This document shows positions 10,806-20,835 of a stretch of 64,000 nucleotides of DNA, piece after piece. The DNA comes from an uncultured Rhizobiaceae bacterium. Lineage in GTDB: Bacteria > Pseudomonadota > Alphaproteobacteria > UBA828. The notes under the pieces were generated by a model. It was not told the origin of the DNA, searched no databases, and was given only the letters and a program-made list of their open reading frames with translations. Numbering within the stretch: the stretch's first letter is position 1; each line of letters begins with the position of its first letter. Position numbers and translations under genes: made by a program. The stretch spans positions 18,722 to 82,721 of the forward strand of contig CAZUXZ010000133.1 of the NCBI GenBank assembly GCA_964624055.1. Direction: 5' to 3'.

Positions 10806-12314
10806 TCATTTCCAGATAGGCTTGCCAGAGCCGGGTAGTCCGTAATTGGGCCATTTGCGGTTGACCGTCTCGATAACTTCGTCGCTCATGCGGATTTTCT
10901 CGCCCCAGTCGCGTTTCGTTTCGGGTGGCAGCTTGTTAGTGGCGTCAAGTCCGATCTTGGAGCCGAGCCCAACTTCAGGTGAGGCAAAGTCGAGATAGTC
11001 GATCGGCGTGTTCTCCACCAGGGTAATGTCTCGCGCAGGGTCCATGCGGGTGGAGACCGCCCACATCACGTCTTTCCAGCTCCGCACGTCGATGTCGTCG
11101 TCCACTACGATGATCCATTTGGTGTACATGAACTGGCGCAAATAGGACCACACGCCCATCATCACCCGCTTAGCGTGACCGGGATATGACTTGTTGATCG
11201 ATACCACGGCAATGCGGTAGCTGCAGGCCTCTGGCGGCAGCCAGAAATCGGTGATCTCTGGAAACTGCTGCTGCAGGAGAGGCACGAACACTTCGTTCAG
11301 CGCCTGGCCTAGAATGCTCGGCTCGTCCGGCGGCCGGCCGGTGAAGGTCGAGAGATAGATCGGCGTGCGCCGCATAGTGATGGCTGAGACGGTAAAGCGC
11401 GGAAACTCCTCCACCGCGTTGTAATAGCCGGTATGATCGCCATATGGCCCTTCCGGTTGGTATTCGTCGAGGCTGACATGGCCCTCTATTACGATTTCGG
11501 CTTCCGCGGGCACAGCCAAGGGCACGGTCTTACACTTTACCAGCTCGACCTTTTTCTCGCGTAATAGGCCGGCGAATTGATATTCCGAGAGAGCATCTGG
11601 TACCGGCGTAACGGCGGCGATGATGGTCCCGGGATCCGCGCCAATCACGACCGCGGCCGGCAGTGGCTCGCTCTTCTGTGCGGCCCATCGGCGATGCTGC
11701 TGGGCGCCGCCCCGATGGCGCAGCCAGCGCATCAGCGTAGTGTTCCGCCCGGTCACTTGCATACGGTAGATGCCGAGATTGTAATCGTCCTCACGTGCCT
11801 CTCCTGGGCCTTTGGTAACGACGAGTGGCCAGGTTATGAGTGGCGCCGGCTCGCCGGGCCAGCAGGTCTGGATTGGCAGACGCGCGAGATCGATGTCACT
11901 GCCGGTCCATACCACCTCTTGGCACGGTCCCGCGCTGACGTGCTTCGGCTTCATCGTCATCACCCGGCGCAACATCGGCAGCATGTCGAGCGCCTGGCGC
12001 CAGCCGTCAGGCGGTTGGGGCTGGCGTAGAAACGCGAGTAGTTCGCCAATCTCACGTAAATTCTCCGGCTTTCGCCCCATACCTATGGCAACCCGCTCGA
12101 CGGTGCCGAACAAATTGACCAGCATTGGCATGCCGAAAATTTTGCCGTCCGCGCCGGCAACATTCTCGAACAGTACCGCCGGTCCACCCTCGGCGAGCAG
12201 CCGTGTCTGAATTTCCGTCATCTCTAATTCGGGCGAAACCGGTGTGGCGACACGCGACAGCGCGCCTTCGCTTTCGAGTCGCCGCAGAAAATCGCGTAAT
12301 GAGTTGTAGGACAT
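10806..12314 (-). CDS. ubiD: 4-hydroxy-3-polyprenylbenzoate decarboxylase (UbiD family)
   Basis: 502 aa. UbiD-family N-terminus [33 protein letters not shown] and conserved central region. Confidence 0.85.
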   Translation of the reverse strand: MSYNSLRDFLRRLESEGALSRVATPVSPELEMTEIQTRLLAEGGPAVLFENVAGADGKIFGMPMLVNLFGTVERVAIGMGRKPENLREIGELLAFLRQPQPPDGWRQALDMLPMLRRVMTMKPKHVSAGPCQEVVWTGSDIDLARLPIQTCWPGEPAPLITWPLVVTKGPGEAREDDYNLGIYRMQVTGRNTTLMRWLRHRGGAQQHRRWAAQKSEPLPAAVVIGADPGTIIAAVTPVPDALSEYQFAGLLREKKVELVKCKTVPLAVPAEAEIVIEGHVSLDEYQPEGPYGDHTGYYNAVEEFPRFTVSAITMRRTPIYLSTFTGRPPDEPSILGQALNEVFVPLLQQQFPEITDFWLPPEACSYRIAVVSINKSYPGHAKRVMMGVWSYLRQFMYTKWIIVVDDDIDVRSWKDVMWAVSTRMDPARDITLVENTPIDYLDFASPEVGLGSKIGLDATNKLPPETKRDWGEKIRMSDEVIETVNRKWPNYGLPGSGKPIWK

Positions 12315-12400
12315 TGAGTTTCCGAGGTGTTTTTCGGCTGGTGACTACAAGACTATCGTTCTGGCGCTTTCAAAGCCATACTGAGCGAGTATGTCCAATT

Positions 12401-12718
12401 TTGCTCTCTAATCGCGCGCGACTCGAGAAAATTTTCCAGGAAATTGCAGATGCGGACGGTGGCTTCGATGGCGAGGGCGTTGGCGGCATGGGCGAGGTCA
12501 ACAAGCGCATCGACGAGGTGCGCGGCATCCTTGCTGAGATGCCGCTTGGCCTAACGCAATTGCAGGAGCGCATTGACAACGATCCGGATTTATCTGGCTT
12601 CAGCCGAAAGCGCAGACCCGAGGCGCTGACAGATTATATCGGCTTTGCCATCGGCCTGATCCATCTCCAGCCTGCCGTAGCACGGGGCCGCATCATTGGA
12701 GTCGCCACCAATGACTGA
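12401..12718 (+). CDS. Candidate small hypothetical protein (start uncertain)
   Basis: The 3' part of track ORF 12125..12718 lies in the otherwise empty 380-nt gap between ubiD and the next gene. The upstream part of that ORF is antisense to ubiD and is discarded. Possible starts are TTG near 12401 or ATG near 12488 (MGEVNKRIDEV...). There is a 23-nt overlap with the downstream gene. No family was recognised. Confidence 0.25.
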   Translation: MLSNRARLEKIFQEIADADGGFDGEGVGGMGEVNKRIDEVRGILAEMPLGLTQLQERIDNDPDLSGFSRKRRPEALTDYIGFAIGLIHLQPAVARGRIIGVATND

Positions 12719-13496
12719 CGTGATGGCCGAATTGGTCGCCACCGCGCTAGATTACCCCTTTCCACGCGCGGGCCATTCCTTTCTGTTCGCTGACGGCGAG
12801 ACGCTGGACCTGGCAGATTACGGCGCGGATGGGTTAGACGTGGCGCTAGCGCAATGTGGCGCAGCGCCGATGGCCGAGCGCACCGCCGTGCTTGCCTATG
12901 GCGCCAATGCAGCGCCCACTCGGCTTGAACGCAAATTTGCGTCTCAAACGCCAGGCGCGGTCTTTCCCGTGATCGAAGCGCGGTTACATGATTTCGATAT
13001 CGTCTACGCGAGTCACTTCTCGAGCTACGGCTCGTTACCGGCGACGCCAATTTCGTCGCCCGGCACGACGGTGCAGGTCGCGGTGATTTATCTGGATGGC
13101 AATCAACTCGTGCGCATGCACGAAACTGAATTGTCGCGCCAAAGCTATGTTTTTGGGCGACTCAATTGCGTCAGGCTTGTGCTTGACGAGATCGGCTCAC
13201 TGGATTCTGTATATAGCTACTGGACCCGACATGGTTCTTTCAACGTCGGCTGCAGCCCATTGGCGCTCGCGGCGCTCTCGGCGGAGGGGCGGCGATTCGA
13301 AGCAGTGGCGCAAGACGCAGCCCAGCGTCTCGCACGTGACTATCTGGCCCCAGGCTGCGATCTGAATAAATTTATTGCCGAGACGGCTTCAGAACTTGCG
13401 ATTTGCCAAGAACGCAGCCGCGCGCTCAGTGAGGGCGCGCCGCCTTTTGATCACCCACAACACGAAATCTTGGCGACGGGATCAGATCGGCTTTAG
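12696..13496 (+). CDS. Hypothetical protein with a gamma-glutamylcyclotransferase-like (AIG2/GGCT fold) central region
   Basis: AYGANAAPTRLERKF and the downstream ...VAVIYLDGNQLVRMHETE resemble the YGSN...E pattern of GGCT/AIG2-like proteins. It has N- and C-terminal extensions (266 aa total). Its stop overlaps the ubiA stop (convergent). Confidence 0.4.
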   Translation: MESPPMTDVMAELVATALDYPFPRAGHSFLFADGETLDLADYGADGLDVALAQCGAAPMAERTAVLAYGANAAPTRLERKFASQTPGAVFPVIEARLHDFDIVYASHFSSYGSLPATPISSPGTTVQVAVIYLDGNQLVRMHETELSRQSYVFGRLNCVRLVLDEIGSLDSVYSYWTRHGSFNVGCSPLALAALSAEGRRFEAVAQDAAQRLARDYLAPGCDLNKFIAETASELAICQERSRALSEGAPPFDHPQHEILATGSDRL

Positions 13497-14416
13497 CCGA
13501 TGGCCTGCGCTCCGACGATTCCGGCGAAGAAGAAGGCGCCAACCCAGAAATTGAGTTTGAACATTTGTAGGCAGTCGGCGGCGTTATCGATCTTTACTCT
13601 TGCGCTCTGCCATATGAACAGAAGCGCCGCGGCAGCCAGCCCGGCGTAGAATGGCCAGGCTGTCTCCGCCAGCGCACCGGCTGCGGCGAATCCAGCGACC
13701 GTGAGTCCATAGAAAACCCAGAGCCAAGGCCGGGTCTTGTCCCCAAGGGCAAGGGCGGAGGATTTCACGCCGATCAGGGCGTCGTCTTCTTTGTCTTGAT
13801 GGGCATAGATAGTATCGTAACCGAGGGTCCAGGCAATGCCGCCCGCATAGAGTAAGCCCGCAGGCCAGGCGATCCCGCCCTCAACGGCCGCCCACCCCAA
13901 AAGCGCACCCCAATTGAAGGTGAGACCCAGAAAAACCTGTGGCCAATAGGTAACGCGTTTCATCAACGGATAGGTAAAAATGAGGGCAAGGGACGCGAAG
14001 CCGATTAGAATCGTAAAGAGGTTAAATTGCAGCAGGATTGCCAGGCCACCTGATAACAACAGGGCGAGTAAAAAAAGGGCACTCTTGACGCTGATGGCGC
14101 CGGAGGCGATGGGACGGTCACGGGTGCGTACAACGCGGGCGTCGAAATTGCGGTCGACAATATCGTTATAGACGCAGCCGGCGCTTCGCATCACTAGTGC
14201 TCCGGCGGCGAACAGCGCGAGGAGACGGGCATCCGGAAAACCGTCTGCCGCCAGTGCGATGCTCCAAAGACACGGCCATAACAACAGCCAGGTGCCGATC
14301 GGCTTGTCGAGCCGGGTTAGCCGCACGAAGGGGCGGAGAGGCGCCGGCACCAGGCTGAGGAGCAGATTGCCGTCGCTTGGGGGCAGGGTGTCCGGTGGAG
14401 AAGGGCGCGCTATCAT
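13493..14416 (-). CDS. ubiA: 4-hydroxybenzoate polyprenyltransferase
   Basis: UbiA prenyltransferase motifs (LTRLDKPIGTWLLLWP, NDxxDRxxD-like YNDIVDRNFDARV). The track ORF is 5'-extended to 14575. The internal Met at 14416 gives a typical length of about 307 aa. Confidence 0.85.
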   Translation of the reverse strand: MIARPSPPDTLPPSDGNLLLSLVPAPLRPFVRLTRLDKPIGTWLLLWPCLWSIALAADGFPDARLLALFAAGALVMRSAGCVYNDIVDRNFDARVVRTRDRPIASGAISVKSALFLLALLLSGGLAILLQFNLFTILIGFASLALIFTYPLMKRVTYWPQVFLGLTFNWGALLGWAAVEGGIAWPAGLLYAGGIAWTLGYDTIYAHQDKEDDALIGVKSSALALGDKTRPWLWVFYGLTVAGFAAAGALAETAWPFYAGLAAAALLFIWQSARVKIDNAADCLQMFKLNFWVGAFFFAGIVGAQAIG

Positions 14417-14467
14417 GGCAGATGGTGATATCTTGGCCGCGCAGCGGAGACAAGAGAGGACCGGGAA

Positions 14468-15256
14468 ATGGCGACGGAAAAAAACCACAAGGTAAGGAAG
14501 CGCCGAGTTCGGCTCTTCGTCGACACACCGCTTGCTGCCGGCAGCGAAACGAACCTGACCGCAGCGCAGGCACATTATTTTGGCAATGTGATGCGCCTCA
14601 AGCCGGGCGATTCAATCCTCGTATTTAATGGGTGCGACGGCGAATGGCGCGCGACAATCGTTATGCTACAACGCAGTAAGGGAATTCTTGCGATTGAGGA
14701 GCGCACCCGACAGCAAACGAACCCATCCGGACCAATGCTTCTCTTCGCGCCGCTCAGAACGGCGCGTAACGCTTTCCTTATTGAAAAATCAGTCGAACTC
14801 GGTGTTGGCGCGCTGCAGCCAGTGACGACCGCCCATAGTCAGATCCGGCGTGTAAATTCAGAACGCTTTCGGGCGCAGACGATCGAGGCAGTTGAACAAT
14901 GCGGCAGATTGACAGTGCCGGGCATCCACCCGCTCGTGTCCCTGCCGCGTCTGCTCACCGATTGGCCGCAAGAGCGGCCCATTCTATTCTGCGACGAGAC
15001 CGGCGGCTCGCCGGCACTCGGGGCTATCAGCTCAATTACCGCTGCTACACCAGACGTGGCTTGGTCTATTCTGATAGGCCCGGAAGGCGGATTTTCGCTG
15101 CTAGAGCGGGAGCGCTTGAGATCGCGCACCGGCACGTTCTCGGTCTTCCTCGGGCCGAGAATTTTGCGTAGCGAGACCGCTGCAATTGTTGCGCTTAGTC
15201 TATGGCAGGCCGCCATAGGGGACCTGAGATACGACGATTCCGACACCGTTCCATAG
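14468..15256 (+). CDS. rsmE: 16S rRNA (uracil1498-N3)-methyltransferase RsmE
   Basis: RsmE/DUF558 architecture with an N-terminal PUA-like domain and a C-terminal SPOUT domain (ILIGPEGGFS motif). Confidence 0.8.
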   Translation: MATEKNHKVRKRRVRLFVDTPLAAGSETNLTAAQAHYFGNVMRLKPGDSILVFNGCDGEWRATIVMLQRSKGILAIEERTRQQTNPSGPMLLFAPLRTARNAFLIEKSVELGVGALQPVTTAHSQIRRVNSERFRAQTIEAVEQCGRLTVPGIHPLVSLPRLLTDWPQERPILFCDETGGSPALGAISSITAATPDVAWSILIGPEGGFSLLERERLRSRTGTFSVFLGPRILRSETAAIVALSLWQAAIGDLRYDDSDTVP

Positions 15257-15350
15257 CCTTGTACAGTCCCTCTCCTTGCGGCCCTAGGCTATTCGTCGTA
15301 TCAGGGACGCACGGAACCACCGCCACCCTAACATTTGTTCCGGAGCGCTG

Positions 15351-16718
15351 ATGGACCAAATTACCAACTCGCCCCTTCAAGAGGCCATAGAGAGAAACGA
15401 CCTGATCGCCTATGTCGAATCCGGCTGTAGGCCGCGCGGCAAATGGGCAATCGGCACGGAGCATGAAAAATTCGGCTATCGCTTGAGCGATCTCCGCCCA
15501 CTGCCCTATGACGGCCCGGACGGTATCCTCGCCATGCTGGAAGGTTTGCAGTGCTATAAATGGACTCCCTATTTCGAGGGCGAGAACGTCATCGCCCTGA
15601 CCAAGGATGACGGCTCGTCTGTGACTCTCGAGCCGGGGGGGCAGTTCGAGCTTTCCGGCGCCCCTCTGCCGAATTTACATCGTGTCTGCGACGAAGTGCA
15701 CACTCACCTTGATCAGGTTGCGACGGTGGCAAAGGAGTTGGGTGTCGGATTTCTCGGCGTCGGCTTTCAGCCGAAATGGAAGCGCGAGGACATATCCTGG
15801 ATGCCCAAAGGGCGATACGGTATCATGCGCAAATACATGCCGACCAAGGGCGATCTTGGTCTCGATATGATGACACGCACCTGCACGGTCCAGGTCAATC
15901 TCGATTTTGACAGCGAGGCTGATATGGTGCGTAAACTTAGAGTTTCGTTGTCCCTGCAACCGGCGGCCGTCGCGCTATTTGCCAATTCACCCTTCGTCGA
16001 GGGCAAGCCCAGTGGATTCCTAAGCTACCGCAGCCATGTTTGGACGCGCACCGACCCGGATCGCTGCGGCCTTCTCCCCTTTGTCTTCGAGGACGGCATG
16101 GGGTTCGAGCGTTATGTCGATTACGTGCTCGATGTGCCGATGTATTTCGTTATCCGCAACGGCAATTATATCGACGTCTCCGGCCAGTCCTTCCGCGATT
16201 TTCTTGACGGCAAGCTGCCCGGCCTTGAAGGCGAACGCCCGACCATCAAGGATTGGGAAGATCACATGACGACGATCTTCCCCGAGGTACGCGTCAAACG
16301 CTACATGGAAGTACGCGGCGCTGATGGCGGGCCATGGGGACGGCTCTGCGCCTTGCCGGCGCTTTGGGTTGGATTACTTTACGATTCCGCCGCTCTGAAC
16401 GAAGCTGAGGCGCTCTGCCGTGATTGGCCATATGACGAGATTGTCCGAGCTCATGAAGAAGTAGCGCGGAGCGGATTTCGAACAGAGCTTGGCGGGCGCA
16501 TGATCCAGGATATCGCGTGCGACGTGGTTCGCATTGCTCGAGACGGGTTGGAGCGCCGCGCCGTTGCCGGCAATCATGATCCTGACGAGCGCGGTTATCT
16601 TACCACCTTGCAGCAACAAGCCGAGTCGGGGCTCACGCCAGCGGAGGACCTGCTCGACGCTTATTCAACGAGGTGGAACGAGAATGTTGACCTGCTGTTC
16701 GATGAGTATGCCTACTGA
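15351..16718 (+). CDS. gshA: Glutamate--cysteine ligase, plant/alphaproteobacterial type (GCS2 family)
   Basis: 455 aa. N-terminus KWAIGTEHEKFGY and overall similarity to plant-type GshA. Confidence 0.85.
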   Translation: MDQITNSPLQEAIERNDLIAYVESGCRPRGKWAIGTEHEKFGYRLSDLRPLPYDGPDGILAMLEGLQCYKWTPYFEGENVIALTKDDGSSVTLEPGGQFELSGAPLPNLHRVCDEVHTHLDQVATVAKELGVGFLGVGFQPKWKREDISWMPKGRYGIMRKYMPTKGDLGLDMMTRTCTVQVNLDFDSEADMVRKLRVSLSLQPAAVALFANSPFVEGKPSGFLSYRSHVWTRTDPDRCGLLPFVFEDGMGFERYVDYVLDVPMYFVIRNGNYIDVSGQSFRDFLDGKLPGLEGERPTIKDWEDHMTTIFPEVRVKRYMEVRGADGGPWGRLCALPALWVGLLYDSAALNEAEALCRDWPYDEIVRAHEEVARSGFRTELGGRMIQDIACDVVRIARDGLERRAVAGNHDPDERGYLTTLQQQAESGLTPAEDLLDAYSTRWNENVDLLFDEYAY

Positions 16719-16750
16719 GCGGGCGGCCGCGCCCGTCTGGGGAAGCAGAG

Positions 16751-17932
16751 ATGCGCTACCGCGTTAATCCGGTTGTCTCGGCTGTTTCGCCACCACCCAT
16801 TCCAGAGGCGTGGAAGTGGATTGAGGGGCGGCGCTTTCCTAGCGATAAGCCGCTGATCGATCTTGCTCAGGCCGAGCCTAGCTATCCACCGGCGGAGGAA
16901 CTGCTCTCTCACCTTGCGCAAGAAATTCACCGACCCGAGTTGTCGCGCTATACCGATATTCGCGGCACGGCCGCGTTGCGCACAGCCTTCGCCGAGCATT
17001 TAGTCGATTTCTATGGTGCCGATATCGCGTCTGCTGATATCGGTATCACGGCGGGTTGCAATCAAGCCTTTTGCCTTGCCATGATGGCTCTCACCGGGCC
17101 GGGCGACGATGTCATTCTGCCGGCGCCCTATTATTTCAATCATGATATGTGGCTCGGCATGCTCGGCGTTACTACAGTGCCGCTCGAATTCCGTGCCGAG
17201 GTGGGCGGCGTGCCGGATGTGGAAGAGGCAGCGGCAAAAATCACCGGCAAGACCCGTGCCATTGTGCTCGTTAGCCCCAACAATCCGACCGGCGCGATCT
17301 ATCCATCCGAGACGATCGCGGCGTTTTTCTCGTTGGCCCGCGAGCACCGCATCGCCCTTGTGCTTGACGAGACTTATAAGGATTTTCTCCCGATCGACGG
17401 CGTGCCGCACGGGCTCCTGCGCCACGCCGGATGGCGTGATAACCTCATCCAACTGTTTAGTTTCTCCAAAGTCTATGCCCTCACCGGGCACCGGGTGGGT
17501 GGGCTGGTTGCTGGGCCAGACTTATTGGCGGAGGTAGCCAAGGCGATGGATTGTGCCGCCATCTGTGCACCAGCGATAGGCCAGGAATCGGTGCTCTACA
17601 GCTTGAAACACCTTGACGATTGGAAGGCGGAGAAACGTATGCTCAGCCTAGCCCGGCTCGACGCATTTCGACATGCCCTTGCCTACAACACACTCACTTA
17701 TAAGCTCGTCAGCGCTGGTGCCTTTTTTGCTTATTTACGCCACCCTCATGACGGCTATAGCGCCTTTGAAGTCGCACGTCGGCTGGCAAACGAACAGAAT
17801 ATGCTGTGCCTGCCGGGCACCTTTTTTGGTCCCGGCCAGGATAAATTTCTGCGCTTCTCCTTCGCCAATGTTGAAGCCGACAGGATGGGCGAAATTGCTG
17901 CACGTCTCGTGGCAAGCCAAACGATGTTTTAG
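16751..17932 (+). CDS. Pyridoxal-phosphate-dependent aminotransferase, class I/II
   Basis: Fold-type I aminotransferase motifs (LVSPNNPTG, SFSKVYALTGHRVG with the PLP lysine), 393 aa. Confidence 0.8.
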   Translation: MRYRVNPVVSAVSPPPIPEAWKWIEGRRFPSDKPLIDLAQAEPSYPPAEELLSHLAQEIHRPELSRYTDIRGTAALRTAFAEHLVDFYGADIASADIGITAGCNQAFCLAMMALTGPGDDVILPAPYYFNHDMWLGMLGVTTVPLEFRAEVGGVPDVEEAAAKITGKTRAIVLVSPNNPTGAIYPSETIAAFFSLAREHRIALVLDETYKDFLPIDGVPHGLLRHAGWRDNLIQLFSFSKVYALTGHRVGGLVAGPDLLAEVAKAMDCAAICAPAIGQESVLYSLKHLDDWKAEKRMLSLARLDAFRHALAYNTLTYKLVSAGAFFAYLRHPHDGYSAFEVARRLANEQNMLCLPGTFFGPGQDKFLRFSFANVEADRMGEIAARLVASQTMF

Positions 17933-18089
17933 CCCCCATGTTATGTTTATTGCACGAAATTTAGCGCTGTGATTGGGTGGCGACAGGTAGGGGAGCAATC
18001 CCTCAAAGCTTTGCGCACAAGGCTTGCCGTCGAGGAATAGGTCGTCACCGGGCAGGTCGTAACGCTCAATTGACCGTTGATACTATTAA

Positions 18090-19522
18090 TCAGGTCTGCG
18101 TGCCCCCGACGGTAATGCTGTCGACAAGAAGGGTCGGCAGACCAACGCCGACGGGCACGCCCTGGCCCGCTTTGCCGCAGGTGCCGATGCCGGGGTCAAG
18201 GGCGAAAGCATTGCCGATGGCACTCACCTTGGTAAGCACGTTCGGACCGTTACCGATCAGGCTTGCGCCTTTCAGAGGTGCGGTAGTCTTGCCGTCCTCG
18301 ATGAGATAGGCCTCGGAGGCGGAGAAGACAAATTTACCCGAGGTGATGTCGACTTGGCCGCCACCGAAATTGCGGGCATAGACGCCGCGCTTGGTTTGCT
18401 TGATGATCTCCTCCGGGTCGCGCTCGCCGGCCAACATGAAAGTGTTGGTCATGCGCGGCAGAGGCGCATGCGCGAAGCTTTCGCGTCTTCCATTGCCGGT
18501 TGGCGCCATGCCCATCAGGCGCGCGTTCATGCGATCGTGCAGATAGCCGCGTAAGATTCCGTTCTCGATCAGCGTGGTACTTCCGCTCGGCGTACCTTCG
18601 TCGTCGATGGTGAGCGAGCCGCGACGCCCACTGATGGTGCCGTCGTCGATCACTGTGACGCCGTCTGCTGCCACACGCTCGCCGAGTAGGCCGGCAAAGG
18701 CCGAGGTTTTTTTTCGGTTGAAATCGCCCTCGAGGCCGTGGCCGATGGCTTCGTGCAACAGGATGCCGGGCCAGCCAGGGCCGAGCACCACCGGGAACTC
18801 GCCGGCCGGCGTCGGCACAGATTCCACGTTTACCAGCGCTTGGCGCAACGCTTCATCGACTTGCCCTTGCCAGGCATCGGGCGCGATATATTGTCCGTAA
18901 TCCGACCGACCGCCGACGCCATAAGAGCCGGTTTCTTGACGGTCGCCGTGCTTCACCATCACTGAGACGTTGAGACGCACCAGCGGACGGATGTCCGTGG
19001 CGCGCTGGCCATCGGCGCGGAGAATTTGTACTGCCTGCCATTCGCCGGTAAGAGAAATCATCACCTGATCGACGCGAGAATCGCACGCTCGCGCATAGGC
19101 ATCAATTTCGCCGAGGAGCGATATCTTCGACTCGAAGGGCAAGCTGCTCAGCGGATTGTCGTCGTCATAGAGCGAGTGGTTGGTAGGCCGCGGCGCCAGC
19201 GCAGCACTGCCTGAATGACCACCGCGCACGGCTTTCACCGTGCTCGCTGCGCGGCGTATCGCTTCCTCACTCAGTTGAGAGGAATGGGCATATCCAGTTG
19301 CTTCTTCGGCGATCGCGCGCAGACCGAAGCCCTGTGTCGTATCGAAGCTCGCATTTTTAAGCTGGCCATCGTCAAAGGAGAGGCTCTCGCTCTGGCGGTA
19401 TTCGAGAAAGAGTTCGCCATCGTCCATGCCGTCGAGTGCCTCCTCCACGATGTTCTCTGTGCGCGTCTTATCAAGTCCTGCGCGAGTGAAAAACAGATCG
19501 TCGGTAGCGGCAAAATTGCTCA
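18090..19522 (-). CDS. tldD: Metalloprotease TldD
   Basis: HEAIGHGLEGDFNRK motif and TldD-family length. The track ORF is 5'-extended via a TTG at 19691. The probable start is the internal ATG (MSNFAATDD...) near 19522; my position count is uncertain by one nucleotide. Confidence 0.85.
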
Positions 19523-19966
19523 TATCGAATTCCTGATTAGGGCTGGGCGGACTGGTTAAATGCGTAGCCAAGCATATGGCCGCGATTCGCAGCGAGCCAA
19601 GCATTTGCGCGAAATAAATGTTTGCCGCGCCGCACTCGGATCTCAAAAAATAACGAAATGCGCGACAATTCGACGCAGGTGGTGGCGGCAAGCACAGTGG
19701 TATACCCGTGATTAGAGCAGGTGAAATATCACTATAGCATTACATATCAATATCTTAGGGAAATAATTTCGCCGAATTACTGGACCGATCACATGTGCGT
19801 GAAATAATTCATCCACTGTTGTCGGATTTGGCCCTCTAATGGCTTACATCGAAGGCTGTCTACAATTATAGTCTGGCCGCGCTGCGACGGGGTTTTCAAC
19901 CGGACACCTGTTTGCGGGCACCAAGCAAACTGGCGGCTAAAGTAATCGCTGGGGTGAAGGATACGG

Positions 19967-20812
19967 ATGATGCTTAAAACAAAACTAACTGCTCTAGCAG
20001 CTTTCCTGACAACAATCATCACGGGCGCCAGCATCGTTTCGGCACAGCAGCCAACGGATTGGCAGCTTGGCTTTCAAGATGCGCACAGCCCAACGATGGA
20101 GCGTATCATAAGCCTTAACGACATATTGCTTTGGATTTGTGTTGCCATCTCGGTGTTTGTGATAGGTCTGATGGCCTATATTTTCCTTCGCTTCAATCGC
20201 AAACGTAACCCAACTCCGAAAAAGTTTTCACACAATTCTCTCATTGAAGTGATTTGGACTGTGGCTCCGGTAATTATTCTGGTCGCCATAGCGGTGCCCT
20301 CCCTTCGCCTACTTTTCTACATGGATAGGACAGATGATCCAGAGATGACCATCAAGGCGATCGGTCATCAGTGGTATTGGTCCTATGAATACCCTGATCT
20401 TGGTGAGGACATTTCGTTCGACGCGGTGATGCTGCAAGAAGACGAGCTTGAGGACGGGCAGCCCAGATTGCTTGCTACTGATGAAACGGTCGTTGTGCCT
20501 GTGGATACCAACATTCGTTTGTTGGTTACAGCTGGTGACGTAATCCACGCTTGGACAATTCCCTCCTTTGGAATCAAAATCGACGCTATTCCTGGACGAG
20601 TTAACGAAGGCTGGTTCCGTGTCGATACGGAAGGCATTTACTACGGCCAGTGTTCGGAACTGTGCGGCCGTGACCATGCCTTTATGCCAATCCAGGTAAA
20701 GGCGGTCTCTAAAGAGGAATATGCTGAATGGGCGGCGTACGCTCAGGAAGAGTATGCTGGCGATGTAAGCAATTCGGACGTTGCAGTGGCGCGACTTGAA
20801 GCGGCGGAATAA
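19967..20812 (+). CDS. ctaC: Cytochrome c oxidase subunit II
   Basis: Signal peptide, two TM helices and a CuA-binding region (H...CSELCG..H..M), 281 aa. Confidence 0.9.
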   Translation: MMLKTKLTALAAFLTTIITGASIVSAQQPTDWQLGFQDAHSPTMERIISLNDILLWICVAISVFVIGLMAYIFLRFNRKRNPTPKKFSHNSLIEVIWTVAPVIILVAIAVPSLRLLFYMDRTDDPEMTIKAIGHQWYWSYEYPDLGEDISFDAVMLQEDELEDGQPRLLATDETVVVPVDTNIRLLVTAGDVIHAWTIPSFGIKIDAIPGRVNEGWFRVDTEGIYYGQCSELCGRDHAFMPIQVKAVSKEEYAEWAAYAQEEYAGDVSNSDVAVARLEAAE

Positions 20813-20835
20813 GCGGGTAAGGAAGGACACTAGTT

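Noticed and set aside
12125-12718. Full-length track ORF (197 aa) as a single gene
   Set aside because: Its first about 60 codons are antisense to the ubiD 3' coding region. Only the portion within the ubiD-downstream gap is kept as a low-confidence small ORF.
13493-14575. 5'-extended versions of ubiA, thrB (to 34077), atpE (to 42299), atpI (to 43360), moaB (to 57095), tldD (to 19691), DUF721 (to 48171) and ETF-QO (from 59374)
   Set aside because: The extensions overlap neighbouring genes or run antisense to them, and they lack family-typical N-termini. Internal Met or TTG starts restore canonical lengths.
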